Both the position numbers and the translations under genes were made by a program. Positions 11,477 through 25,400 of a stretch of 64,000 nucleotides of DNA are shown in pieces (the first letter of the stretch is position 1; each line of letters starts with the position of its first letter). Source of the DNA: Laetmonice hystrix (Eukaryota); NCBI GenBank assembly GCA_965235115.1, contig OZ249436.1, positions 9,674,001 through 9,738,000 of the forward strand, in the 5' to 3' direction. The notes under the pieces were generated by a model, which had not been told where the DNA came from, made no database searches, and saw only the letters and a program-made list of their open reading frames with translations.

Positions 11477-12856
11477 TGCTGTATCTGTTTGTACTTAATG
11501 CAGTTGATCTGATAACCAAATCATCGTGAATCTGCATTTCGATATAGGTTTTGGTAGAACTTTGTAACTTGTTAGTTGTACAGGTTCTTTTGAAATCATA
11601 GCCTTATTAGGTACTGGTTACTATAAAACGGCTTTGAAAGTACAACTTTGAGGTTTGTTTTTGCAAATTAGTACAAACACTGATATGTTTAGTTTTCTAC
11701 CCTAATACTTGGTTTAGTAGGCAGTATTGTAAAGTCCTACCAGTGGTACTACTATGTTTACAAATAGAAAAGGTTGTTTTCCTCTTTTGGTATGTATTTT
11801 GTTATTGACAGTGTGTTTGAAGTTCAAGATTGTGTTACCTTTTTGCAGAGCGACTTCGCATTGTTCCAGATTTGTTCACTTCCGTAACCAAGTTCTACAA
11901 TTGGGCTGTGTCCAATAATATACTAACATTTCAAATTAGAGCAGATACTTCGTGAATAAAGACATTGTCTTTGAGAAGATCCAGCTTTTAAAATATGGCA
12001 TGCAATGTAGATTCTTTGATCTTCATTGACATACAAGTTAGTCAAAACACCACCGCGTGGTGATTGTGTAGATGTGTAGACAGATCAGGATCCAGGAGGA
12101 AAGGTGTCAGCTAGTGTAAGACTCCTCCCATAGTCATAATAGACCATATATATGTAGGATGCTGATCAGTGTCAAAACAAGTAGTGCAAAGCTTAATTGA
12201 CATGTAAGCTAGGTGGCCAGAGACAGAGAATGAACATGGAGTATCAATCTCTACATGGTGGTATGCTTGTGGCTTGTATGGTGGTTTATGTAGTTATACC
12301 GTGAAAGATCATTTTAGTTTAAACCAGTTCGTATCATAATAAAGCTCCATTACAAACTAGCAAACTATTTGTTTCTTCTTTTTAGTAGTTGTATATGAAT
12401 ATAATACCTGTCTATTCAGGGTTTCCAATTCAATGGTAACTAGGACAGGAATAGGCCGATAGAGACATGTCAGAACAGCAGTCTCTTTACAATTCCCTAT
12501 TCATGAACATTGTGTAATTATGGAGATGTAATCAGATTTTGCTGAGTTTAATTTTTCTTCAAATTAGGGGAGTAAACTTTGTAAGGATCCTTGACTTACC
12601 GAATAAATATGCCCAAATGATGATCCAGGCCTTCCATTTCTAGGCAGCACAAAAAGCAGCTTTCAGTATGCTTTGTAATTAATAAGATTTTAAAGTTCTG
12701 TGCTCAATAGTTTACTGGTAGTCATAAGTGTAGCAGACGCCTGAGATTTTATTATTCACATTACCAGTGACCGTTTCATCACCAAATCATTACCTAACAA
12801 GGAAACTGCAGTTCTTTAAAATATCACACAATTTCTAATCTTAAACTTAAAAATTA

Positions 12857-15415
12857 TTAGGGAGCGACACCTCCATGGCTTTGTTTTTGCTCCTGCTCAA
12901 TGAGTCCAGTTTCCGGAGTTCTGAGTGAAAATACTACAGGAATATTTCCAAGTGTTGGGTTTGTATCCTGCAACCATTTCACCCACGAGATGAGAGAATC
13001 CTTAGTTGAGGTGCCGGTGATGCACATGGCCAAGACCGTGCCATCCTCCTGCTCGTGAACACTAGGTACCTTTACCACCGATTTTGACTCCTTTTTGTCC
13101 ATGAAAAATGGTATATCCTTCAGGAAATCTGTGACCAGAAAAATGCGACAAGTTTCAAAACTTTGCATCATGTACATTTCTTTTCAAATCATTGTGTGAA
13201 AATGAAAGCTAAAAAGTATAGTAAATACTGTTTTTCAAATTAATACACCGATATTTTGGCGTGTACCATTAATAGGCACATTCAAAACTTCTTGTCCTTT
13301 CTACTTGGGAATGGGCAATGACCTAAACAAGACAAGAGAGACACTGCTAGTTTGGGGTGGGGGGGGGGAATGATGAACTTGTCTTAGCTAGATTCTGCCA
13401 GTTGTATCCAAATAGAATAAATGATTTCTTATTCACGACACCGAGGACGAATCAAGGAGATAGTCTCCTTCTCTTTTCTACATGAAATGAGTACAAGATC
13501 AATTAGTAACCTCTTTATTATGTCATCTGCCGTTTTCAACTTACCACTGAAATATGCAGCTTCATCATATTCTGCCTCTTTAAGTTCTTTATGTACCCGA
13601 AACGTTGCCGTTGCCTCGGACTTTAGGATGAAGAAAGTCAGGTTCTTGTCACGCAGCCAAACATTGAAGCCTCCTTCGACAAAGACTGGTTTTGTGACGT
13701 CATGTTCAGTGAGAAGACATTGCTGTGAAGGACTCTGAGCACTTACCACAAACGTCTGGTCGTGGGCATCCTTTAATTCAGACGTCTATAGCAACCAGTA
13801 AAATTAACAGTTTACAATTAAAAACAAAAACCAACACAATCAACAGTTTTACAATTAAACACAAAACCAACACATTTCGCACAGTTCAAGAAAATTAAAT
13901 TTATACACTTGATAAATGGGATCAGACAACTCAACCACGAAGGCCTTATCTTATTATAAGAGTTTGTATGTATTTTTATACATGAATATAAATGTTTCCT
14001 AGGTGAGGAAGAATCTGGTTCTTGATCTTGCTACTCTTCCTTACTCAAACTCTGCAGAAGATCTTTTGAGACAATAAAATAATGCAGTCTCCTTGCATCG
14101 AAGTTTGAATTAATCATTACATTGTACCAGGGGGTATGTACACTTGTTAAACTCACCTCAAAATCTGAGATCTTATTTTCTAAGTCCATAGCCATGCGTT
14201 TCAAAGCTATCCTTGCAAGTTCCCTTGGGTCTTCTGGAAGGGTGTAGGGTATAGGAAAAGGGTTGGCATTCTTGAATTTGGGTAGCCAGTACATCATGCG
14301 CTGGTACTTGCGAAATGCATGCGCCTTCAGCCCGAAGATCTCTGCCAGCTGATAGCCCATTGCATCATCAGGTATGACTCCTATTGAAACATATCATCTG
14401 AATGAGTCCATGGCATATAGATATGAATGATGATATGGCCGAAAAACGTAGAACTAATGTAAGTGACCATTCATGGGTATCGATTTGGAGCAGACCAGAA
14501 AGAACAACTTTAATTTGTAGGAGTGCTCAGACTGGTGGGAAATCAGCCAACGATGATGTATGTATGACCCCTAGTTGGTAATACTAGAACTTGAGACTTT
14601 AGTTTACTGCCAGTTAACTTACAAGCATTCTGACAAGCCTCAGTAGTTATTGTACCTTTACAATTATGAGGCACTTGTGATGTTAATTTTGCTCATTTTA
14701 AAAAATCTTAAGCTGAAAGGCTTTAATTTTATTCTGATAATCAGCAAACAAATTTTGTCATGAGTTTCCTTACCGTGTGATTCCATCTGGTCTAGAACAT
14801 CTATAGCACACTGCTGTTGTTTTGGGTAATGCATCATTTCCACCTGCCATGTATTGCGTGGAATCATCTTTTCTTTGGGCATCAAACTTAGGATATTTTT
14901 GTATGTTTCCAAGTCCTTCTCTACTCCAAACTCCTACAAGGGAACATTTAACAAATTTAATGTCACTTTCACACAGTGTATCTTGTGTGGAACCAACCCA
15001 AACCTACCTACTTACAGATTTTAGCCTGAACAAGGGAGTTTTGAACACCACTAAACTAAAATCTGTCAGTAATACTGATGGTTGAAATCCTTACCTTCAT
15101 CCGCTTTAGTGCAGCATAGATAAATTCAACATGTCCTCGCACATATTTATCATGACGAGATTTATACTTTGAGACTGCTTGCTCAAAGGTCTTCTTGCTC
15201 TTTTCTCTCCTGGCTGCTTCATCAAACACTTGACCCTTGCTTACAATGAGCTGTTTTTCTTTCTCTTCGTGATCTTTGTCCCTTGCATCAAGAAACCTCT
15301 GTCTTGCAGTCGTGTGCATGGGTCGCGACCTGGACCACCAGTCAAGGGAACGAGCTCTGGACTTAGCATGGAGCAGTACAATTTGAAAGGATTGTGCGAC
15401 TTTCTGGGCCATCAT
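12857..15415 (-). CDS. ECSIT: ECSIT (evolutionarily conserved signalling intermediate in Toll pathway; mitochondrial complex I assembly factor)
   Basis: Phase-consistent GT-AG exons 15095-15415, 14774-14933, 14157-14380, 13545-13785, 12857-13128. Motifs RGHVEFIYAALKRMKEFGVEKDLETY, HYPKQQQCAIDVLDQME, MMYWLPKFKNANPFP, PVFVEGGFNVWLRD and EQEDGTVLAMC are characteristic of ECSIT. Confidence 0.93.
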
Positions 15416-16382
15416 TATCCACACTGAAATCACAGAATTGTAAAGAATTGTGAGAACTGCAATTATAATGTGCCACTGAGTAGTCGAAATGTTGATCTTA
15501 TCCTAACAATTGTCCTGTTTAATTTGCAAGTGAATCAGTCTGCAAACATCCTTTTTTTTTAGGGGGTCATTTAGAACCTTTTATAAAAGAACATTTTATA
15601 AATACTCAAATTCGTGCATACCATAACTTCGTACACAAGCGATTTCTGTACCTTGCAGTTGTTGCCAGGTGGATATTTTTGCTTTGTCACATATAGGGGT
15701 ATTCATTGGTCATTTTTCCGACTGACAATCTCGAAACTGTCCAAAAACAAGATTTAGTCAGCTGTTCTCGAATTTTATTGATCTCGCCCCAGTGCCATCA
15801 AACCAGTCATGACAAGCTCTCTCCTATGGGAAAAGCATTGTAACGTCACGATGCGCAAAGTTTAGGTTTGTCAGTTGTACATCTTCCGATGCAGTGGCCT
15901 TAGATGTTGAGTGGCAGTAGGGTTGGGGGCAGGAGGGGGAGTGGGAGCGGGTTCAGCATGTGAGGCATCTCATCACTGTAGCAAAAGATGACAGTGACAG
16001 TGACAGATCGAAGGGTCAGGGTGAGTAAGATATGCATTCCCCCTCAGGAGTATGACTAACCCTGATCAGTTATGTCATACTGGGGACCCTGATGAGGCGC
16101 GAAGGCAAGAATAGTGGAGTGTCTTGTAGGACGTTTGATCCACTTGAAAAGTCAGCTGCGGCTTGCTGGGTCACAGTGGGTGGCTTGGGAAGTTGGGCCA
16201 AATGGAGGGCGATATTAGGGGACACTTCTGCTTCTCATAAATAATTTCAACGACATTGTATAGGCCTTACACCATCACAAATGTCATGTCCCGAATATCA
16301 TCTGATCATCGCATACAGCCATAATGACACATAACAGATAGATTTAGGCCTAGATCTACACTGCGTAAATTTATCCACTTAC

Positions 16383-16594
16383 ATTCTTTCCCCTCGCCCT
16401 CGGCCTTGCCCTTACAAAACTTCTCATACTGACCGCTAGGGTACAAAATGTTAAATGACTGCAACGTTAGAGGGCAGCAGCAGCCGTGGCTCTTCGAAAA
16501 ACGAGACTCCATCCGTGAGCTCCCATCTGTCAACAAGAAGAGGAGAGGCGCAGGAAAGAGATTTGCGTGAGGGAGGAGGCAAGAAAGCGTCAGG
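16383..16594. promoter_or_regulatory. Probable bidirectional promoter / 5' UTR region shared by ECSIT and HAP40
   Basis: Minus-strand donor AAT|GTAAGT at 16383/16382 (candidate non-coding first exon of ECSIT) lies about 210 bp from the plus-strand HAP40 ATG at 16595. Locally GC/CpG-rich. Confidence 0.5.
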
Positions 16595-19500
16595 ATGGAG
16601 CGTGATGCTGACTTCCTTGGAAAGTACAAGGCTATCTCCAACAAATTGAAGAGGTAAAGTAGGCCTAATATTCTGTCAGAGTCACCCGGCCCCTCCATCT
16701 CGCTGTAGCCTGTGTAGGCCGCGGGCCTGTAAACCAGTGCAGTGAGTGAGTGAGTGAGTAGTGACATTGACGATACCACACTGACACAGTCAGTAGTGTA
16801 ACACCTCATTCAGAGATCTTTGGGGTAACTCACTAAATCTAAATGTAGGTAGATCTACTGTACCATTACAGTGTAACTTGTGCTGTGCCGTGGTTTATTT
16901 GTGGCTGATTTGGACTCACTTAAGTTAATACAGGGTGGCTCACATCACATGTCACGCCTATTTGGCTAAATTAGTTTAAATAGGCTAATAATTAATTAGC
17001 CTAGGCCCTATCATTACTCTCAGCGTGCACAGCATAACCTAGGCTAGCCTATAGACTACTCAGATTATTTATAAGCAAGTGCAAAGAGAAGTTTGTCTGT
17101 TTGAACAACAAATTATAAGAAAATTGGACACCTAAACTGTTATAATTGTTTACTTTTCCTGTCTAGGAGGTTTCTCAAGAAACCTAATGTTGCCGAAGGA
17201 AGTGAACAATTTGGTGAGTAGTATACTGTATAGTTAATGCAGTCAAGCACTGATTGCATGCACTACTATAAAATAACTGTAGACTATAAATATAAATTTC
17301 TCTAAATTCCAAGCCTGACTTACATGAGTTTTTTTAAAAGACATGTAATGTATAATTATGGAATGAAAATCTTTTCTATGTAATATAAAGATAAATCTTC
17401 TGTTGTGGGGTATCCGTCACCATTCATGAATTGATTTGTGTTCATTTACTGTCTCACAACAGCGTCACTAGCCAAGACGTTACAGCGCCAGGAGAGCCCT
17501 CAGTATGCGGGGTTCTGCTCCCTGGCGCAGGCCAGGTGTGAACACACCTTGGCCAATGCCCCTGGAGAGGCGCAGGCACTGACAGACGCAGCACGTGCTT
17601 TTCTTGAAGCTGAGACAGCCAACACTGATCTGAGGTGTCCCAGCTTTCAGGAGCATCTCAATGCAGCCATCAACTGTTATAGCCATGCCATCAGAGTAAG
17701 CAACGATGTTTTATTTTAAATATTGTAAATATCTCTTAACTGTACTCTAAAAAATGCATTCATGTTAAGTTAACATTCAGCTGCCATCGATCTGTTTTCA
17801 TATAAATTTGATTCCTATCTTTTTTTATTTAAGGTTCATATTGAGAACAAACATCCTGCTCTTGCTGCATCACTTTGTCTGGAAATGGGCAATGCCCTGA
17901 AGGTAGTGTATCCTACATGTCAAACAATCACAACATCAAAATGGGCAATGCCCTGAAGGTAGTGTATCCTACATGTCAAACAATCACATCATCAAAATGG
18001 GCAATGCCGTGAAGGTAGTGTATCCTACATGTCAAACAATCACAACAACAAAATGGGCAATGCCCTGAAGGTAGTGTATCCTACATGTCAAACAATCACA
18101 ACAACAAAATGGGCAATGCCCTGAAGGTAGTGTATCCTACATGTCAAACAATCACAACAACAAAATGGGCAATGCCCTGAAGGTAGTGTATCCTACATGT
18201 CAAACAATCACAACAACAAAATGGGCAATGCCCTGAAGGTAGTGTATCCTACATGTCAAACAATCACAACAACAAAATGGGCAATGCCCTGAAGGTAGTG
18301 TATCCTACATGTCAAACAATCACAACAACAAAATGGGCAATGCCCTGAAGGTAGTGTATCCTACATGTCAAACAATCACAACAACAAAATGGGCAATGCC
18401 CTGAAGGTAGTGTATCCTACATGTCATTGATGTCAAACAATCACAACATTAAAATCTGCTCCATGATTCAGTCCTCAGGGTATCACCCAATTAACTAGTG
18501 AATTGGTGAAAGAAAGTTTCACCTAAACAAAATTTTAAGTTAAATACCAGTGCATAGATTCAAAGTGGCACCATCATTTTTGAAACAAGAGCTGTTTTCA
18601 TAAAATATTTGACTAATGACTATGTAACCTAATGCCATTACCCCATAGTTACAGTGAGCTTTCTATGGAATGTGAACATACAGACTGTATTACATTTACA
18701 GTGTCTAAATCGTCCTGGTGAAGCAGTGGCTCACTACCAGAGGGCAGCACAGTTGCAGGTGCAGGTGAGGTGCAGTCTGCATCATAACAAAATGTGGCAT
18801 AATTTCATGGTATCAAATTTCAACATCACTGATCTTTAGATACATCATATGTGAAGTAGAAAACTAGTTTAAACTACTATTTTTAACTGAAGTCATGCAG
18901 CTGAACATTTCTTATTTGTTCAGTGGGAAGTTTCTACATCCATGCATCATTGCATGGTTTTAGTAAGATTTTAAAAGGATAGTACACATGTACTTTTAAA
19001 AGGGCACTCAAAACAAGCCAGTTAATATTTTAGCTTTTTTTGCAATTGATAATAATGTTAAGAGTTACCATACAAATTCCTCTTTTTTCATAATTAAAAG
19101 TTATGCCTGGTAAGAAAATGTGGTTGTACTCTCAGAGTTTCATATTTTACTTCAATTCCAGAATCCATTAGACTGTTTGACATCTCTTGGTCTGGTTGCA
19201 AGCTGTAAAATAGACATACGTAAGTTAGCTTCTCAGCTAAGTTAGATTGCACTGCTACTGTTGTGTAATTTTCTTTGTTTAAAATTTTCAACTTTGTCAC
19301 CATTAAACTTTATTCACTGAATCAAATTACACTGTTATTAAAAACAATAAATTGAGTTGAACTTTGTGGTAGAATTATATTTAAGGAAAGTTATTGACTC
19401 TACCTTTTGTGTTATTTGAAACTTGAAACAGGAGACTATGAGGGAGCCCTTGGTGTCTTAACCTCGATGGCATACCTTGCTCAGGACAGAGGTTAGTATT

Positions 19501-20430
19501 AGTAGTCCAGCGACCAGCTAAAACGATGCTCCAAACTTCTGGTCCACCTACTTAGTAGGAAGTTTTATGGATTAGCTACACAGAGGCAAGCTAAAACGAG
19601 TAAATACCGAATAAAGTTGCCACAGTTGAAAAAGTATATATCATATTGTCATCGAGAAAATTGATTTCCTTATTAATACGTGCCATTTATATCCCAGGAA
19701 TGATGTCCAATGGGAGTGGTAAACCAATTGGTGCATTCTCAGACATCCTGGCCAGGTGTGAGATTACCCGAGTGTTACTCCTCATGTTGCTCCAGGTAAA
19801 CCATGTAGAGAAGTAGTAATATTACTTAATAGTAATATAAACTTAAGAAATCATATATTTGCACCATGATTTGTGAATTCTCAATGAAAGAGAAACTCTA
19901 TATCTACAGTTTTGTCTATATTTTACATTAGCCAACACCACAGCGGATCAGGGCAGAACATGCACAGACTTTAGAAAAATATGCTTGGGAGACAACAGAG
20001 GAGACTGTACCCGTGAACTGTATCAGTGAGGAATTATTTCTTCTCCTACAGTCGGTGGTGGTAAGTAAACCTTTTGTCTTAAATATTATTTCAAACATAA
20101 AAAAGACATCTGAAACCTTGACATATCACGGTAATAAACCTCACATTATTGGTTAACAAGAATGTTTACACTTGATTTCTTCCCAGGACTATCCCCCTCA
20201 ATATTTCATTTAATCAAATACCGTTAATATTTGATATAAATATTTATAATTGAAAGAGACTATAAATAAATCTGACATGACCTTTACGACAGATGGCGTG
20301 TCAGTCGAGGGATTTGGAGTCCCTTCGCTGCCTCCAGGTGGAGCTATGGCCACAGCTATCAGCAGAACAAAACCAGTTACTCCACCTAGTGTTACAGGAA
20401 TTGTCACACCCTTCAGGAAATGGATATTGA
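16595..20430 (+). CDS. F8A1: 40-kDa huntingtin-associated protein (HAP40 / F8A homolog), 10 coding exons, about 317 aa
   Basis: Exons 16595-16653, 17167-17213, 17463-17695, 17834-17902, 18702-18764, 19162-19219, 19432-19491, 19698-19795, 19932-20060, 20293-20430 join in frame. N-terminus [57 protein letters not shown] matches HAP40. Confidence 0.9.
17883..18455 (+). repeat. 56-bp tandem repeat, 10 copies, spanning the HAP40 exon 4/intron 4 junction
   Basis: Unit AAATGGGCAATGCCCTGAAG|GTAGTGTATCCTACATGTCAAACAATCACAACAACA, period 56, copies nearly identical. Confidence 0.97.
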
Positions 20431-22453
20431 GATTCTCTGTTATGGTGTAGCATACAGATAACTGTTATGACTTTGTGGTGAAAGTTTTCAAATAACATTG
20501 AATGAAATTGTTAGCATCACCGGCCATGAAGAAATTCCTGTATATTAAACAAAAATACAATAGACATGAAAGTCGATGTAAATTTGATGTTTGACAAGCA
20601 GGATTATGTGAAAACAAGCTGAGAGAACGGAGGATTGTGGAGAGCTGGTTGAGATCATGATGTAGGTGACCTTCTCATGGTCTCTGATCTCTGAGGACAG
20701 TGAAACACTCCAGCAGCATTTAAACCTATGTTAGTACATGTATACGGATCCACCCTGATCAGACTTGAACTCCCTACTGAGAGGTGTTGTTAAACGTGAG
20801 GTTATTAATTTATTTGAAATTTGTAGGCTATACAAAAACATCGCTGCATGGCTTCATGCAGATTACTAAAGACTACATGTCATTATGTTATGTAAATAGA
20901 GACTTAACACACCAAGGATATTATTAGGAACATTTATTGTCCAGAGGAAAACGGCTCGCCATTGACTTTGAAATTTTTTAATGCATGTATATACTTTGTA
21001 TACAGACCCCCAAAAAAGAAAATAACGACAATGTTAAAACTTTGTAATGTATAATGGGTAAAATTATGTTTATCAATGAATAAAAGAAAATACAAATGAA
21101 AAGTATCGTCCATTTTTCTGAATACACCGATAGTCGAGCATACATAGACTTATACAAAAGTTGTATACATCTGTTGAACTGTTTATTAACTGTACCACGT
21201 TTCAGGTAAATCAGCAGGTGAATTTACCTGTAGCTACAAATGTGGAAAAAATGGCACACCTGTAATTCAGTGTTGATAGCATGTGAACAAAAACCCATCT
21301 TGACAGACAAATAGAAAATGCCTACTAATTGTAACAGTAAACTCAATGACATTTTTTCAAAGCTTGGATTAGAATGATCCCTCTCCATCATTTTTCTCAC
21401 TTCCTAACGTCTTATACGTATAGTGTGAAAGCAAATTCTGTTTGCATGTACCAGAAGTAGTGCCGATTCAGACTGCCTTTTGACGGGCGTCACGGCGTGA
21501 TTGCGAGGTCATGGGCGCTGTTTGTGGCGCCCGTCATGATTCTACTATTCAGTTTTCATAAAAGTAGAATAGTAAATACACAAAGACTGTGTCGAAATAT
21601 CAGTTACTGTCATCTTGCCTAAGATTTGATAACAAACAACCACATTCAATCAGTCACACAATGGTGAAATTTTACAGAATGGCATTACTGAGAAATAATG
21701 CTAACTGAACCATAAATTAACAAAATGTCGTAAAGTACTTTTTATAAGTTGATATATTCAATAAAACCATGCCCAGGAATGTCTGAAATAATCAATCCAA
21801 GCATCTTGTGCCTGGCGACCAGCCTACATAGACAGGCCTCTCGTATGGCGCCTGTCTTAACCTTTCAGAATCAATGATGGCTCTTGTGCCTTTTCAAAAG
21901 ACGCTGCCAACCTGAACTGTTTTTAACTGATATGTAATTTGAGTTCGCACTTCTGGACTTAGTTAAAAATAGCGAAATGATTAGGCCCCTTCTGGTACTT
22001 AATCTTAGTACCGACGGGTTACAGTGCCGGTCTTGTTGTACTTGTTCTTGGCAAGTCTTAATATCAATGATTCCTGGCTACACTAACACATAAAAATAAA
22101 AATGATTAAAGATTATTCAGTGTATTCTGTGAGATCTAGATCCCAGTAAATCTTACCTTCTCTTGACTACACTGACCTTAATGGCTGGATCATTTCCAAT
22201 TATTGGAATCACGAAGATTACAAAGACAAGCTCATGACTTCCTTATCATATAACACTACGTTTGTATTCCCTGTTGCTCAGACACACTTGAATGCATACA
22301 AACAAACAAAAACTTAAGTTCTTGATCAAGGATCACAACCAACGTTTAAAAAGACATTTGCCCTTTTTGTTATCACAACCAAAACATTAAGCCATGACTT
22401 GTAGTTAGCCAGGCCTCAGGGTGACCCACAGGGATCACCTCCATGGGTATATA

Positions 22454-25400
22454 TTAATCTTGTTTTTTCACAGGTCCAGGTGTACCAGCTTGTCGATCTG
22501 CTGGGCCGTGCCCTCCCTGGATCCCCACAGTTTGTCCAGCCTGAGAACCACTGGCCTCCTCGTATTTACTTGGCCTTTGTTTCTTTGGTTTAAAAAGATA
22601 CCCACACAGAAGGAATGCAGCTACCCATATATGTCCGACATAGTATATGCTTCCCCAGTAGTGTAACGTTTCCTTCCAGCCGAGCAGAAGGAAAGCCATG
22701 GCCATATAATCCAGGGAACGCTGTTTCCAGAACCAACACACCCAATCAAAAGTTCTCTGATTCGCTGAAGGTTTGGGATCTCGGAAGGCTGCCACCATCC
22801 AATCTTCAGCCACCTGGTTCGGGGGAACCATGATGAAACTCAAGTAGTAACCAGGATAGATACCATGCCAGAAGGAACTCACCATCATCGTTATTGTCAT
22901 TCTGCAATTGTAAGCAAATATACCTGATACAAAATATCAGCAACATGAAGTATTAATGTCCATTAACATCTTTCTAACTCATAAACGATTTTTATCAGGG
23001 TTTTGTTTTGTTACTGAAAAAAAAAACAACCACATATCCATTATCAGACCCTAACTGTATCCTACCTGTATGCCTTTAGTGATGCTGGTACCCTTCGATA
23101 CACAAAGTTGGCCAACCAGAACTGTACTGTCATGTTCCATGAACGCATGCCTTCCCGAATGGTTGTAGCCAGTTCACATCCATATATACTGATATTGTGC
23201 ATGGTCTCATAGTCGTAGTCCACTGATCCAATCTCTTGTTTCTCACTTAAGTTAAACGATAGCACACAAAACTTTATTTCACATACTGGTATATGAATGA
23301 TCAGCATTAGTGACACATTACAACAGGAGTACCAGTAATCTATTTCAATCAGCAAGTCTAGAGAAAACTTTGAGAATCTTACTCTACTTTACAAGACTCC
23401 AAACAGCTGCTCCATGATACTAATAATTACACCATCTACTCATCTTTTCTGAACGATGACAAGAAGTTTATTCTTACCAATCCCTCAAGGCTTCTAAATT
23501 GGTTGGGCCCTGTCCACAGCGTGATTTACTTGCTACAGGATATGCCCCAAGGTTGGCAGTCATGCACAAACTCTCAGACATAAGCCAGGCGAAGTAGAGC
23601 CTCATGCGGAAAATGGTAAACATGGGAACCATGTACCATAGGCGGTACCAGAATGGATGATTCAACATCTCCTCTGAGGCTGCATACTAGATTAATAATA
23701 AACGCTAAAGTTAGGACCAACTCTCCTCACCCAATGGCATTATATACTCTCTACATTTCAGTTTAGTTCCTAATGTCTCATGTCATTAAAAACTAATGGT
23801 CTATATTTTTTGTAACACAGATACTACCCAAAACCTAAGTGAACTTACACTGATTTAAGAAAAGAGAAAAGCTGCTAACCTCAATATTGTAGAAGTATGA
23901 CAGGCCAAGGAAAATAGCAGATATAAGTGGCACCCATTTCAATCTTTTTGTCAAGGGAGTGACAAAGTCTATCTCATCAATGCGCTCTTGATGTATCATA
24001 TCTATGTATGTGCGGAACTTGTAGTATGGTCCTTAGTAATAAAGTATCAGTATTGCAATCAATTTAAAATTATATAGCAAACAGATTATAGGACAAATGT
24101 GTAGACTTGACTGGCTCTGGCATGTGTAATCACAAGTTTACTGTATTCTCATAGTATCACAACTAGAAGGCAAACGATTTGAGCACAATAAACACTACAC
24201 TAAAGCAGCTTTTATCTTGTTCCATACGGTACTGTTCTACTGAAGCCAATTATTTTAGAATGTCTGTTCAAATAAAAACTAACACTTGATAAGCTCACCT
24301 GTCAGAAGGCCAAGATAACAATAACTGTACAGAAACATATCAAAGATAGATGGATAGATATTCTGGTAGCGACACTGAAGCTTTATCTTTTCATCTGCAT
24401 CATTCTTCTTAGCTGCCTCATCATTCTTGTCAGTATCATGGACTTCAAAGGCCAGTCCCACCAACTGTAAAAATAACAATCATAACTAAATTTTCCATCT
24501 GTAGCTCTAGTTTTGTAGGTAATTTTCTGACATTCCACCCAAAAAACTAAGCACTATACAAACTACTGTAGACCTTATAATTTCAATGCGCACAAGAAAA
24601 CAAATCATTATATTAGAATCCTCTTTAAAGAAACATGAACCTATCACGTAAAATTTCATGTTGTATGTACCTTTAAAGTAAGAAGCAGCTGCACAGCATT
24701 TGCATGTGCTGGTACTTGTGGCAGCCCAAGGTAATGGGTGGTTCGAAAGAAAACGATATAGCCAAAACACCATATAAAACTTGCTATATGGCATTTTCTG
24801 GAAGAAAAGAAAAAGAACATTAATATTTAGCAGTTTGGGTATTGAGCAACCTGCAGCAGTTATGGCCATGTAAAAAATTGTCTAGGTGTGATATGCTAAT
24901 AGCAGACTTTGCAAATTAATTCTCAGCACATATATGTATTTCCTTTTTTGGGGGCTTTGTTAGATCTATTTCATAATGAAAGGAAATACTGTATATGTCC
25001 TATTTGCCGCGCACCTCCTATTTGCCGCGCACCCCAGCATTTTTTAAAACCCAATGTGTTTGTCAGGGGTGGAAATTTGGGAAAACTCATATTGGGGACT
25101 CATATTGGGGACCTATTTGGAAAGAAAATGCCCCCTTAACGTTAAAATAATTCATTTGCCGCCACCCCCTTCTGCACACGCGCATGCGCGGCAAATAGGA
25201 CATATACGGTATTTATATTCATAATTATAGCGAGCGCAGTGAGCCGCGAAGCGGCTCGCAAAGCGAGCTCTATACCCAAGGAGAGCTGCATACCGTGCAA
25301 CGATCGGATATGGAAATCTGTGGAGGTTTTGGTGGTATTACGAAGCCGGCAAAATCGGAGCAATCTGATTGGCTTAAATTGCACTGCATCGAAATTCAAA

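Noticed and set aside
17883..18455. CRISPR-like array
   Set aside because: Head-to-tail identical units without unique spacers, in a eukaryotic intron, with no cas genes.
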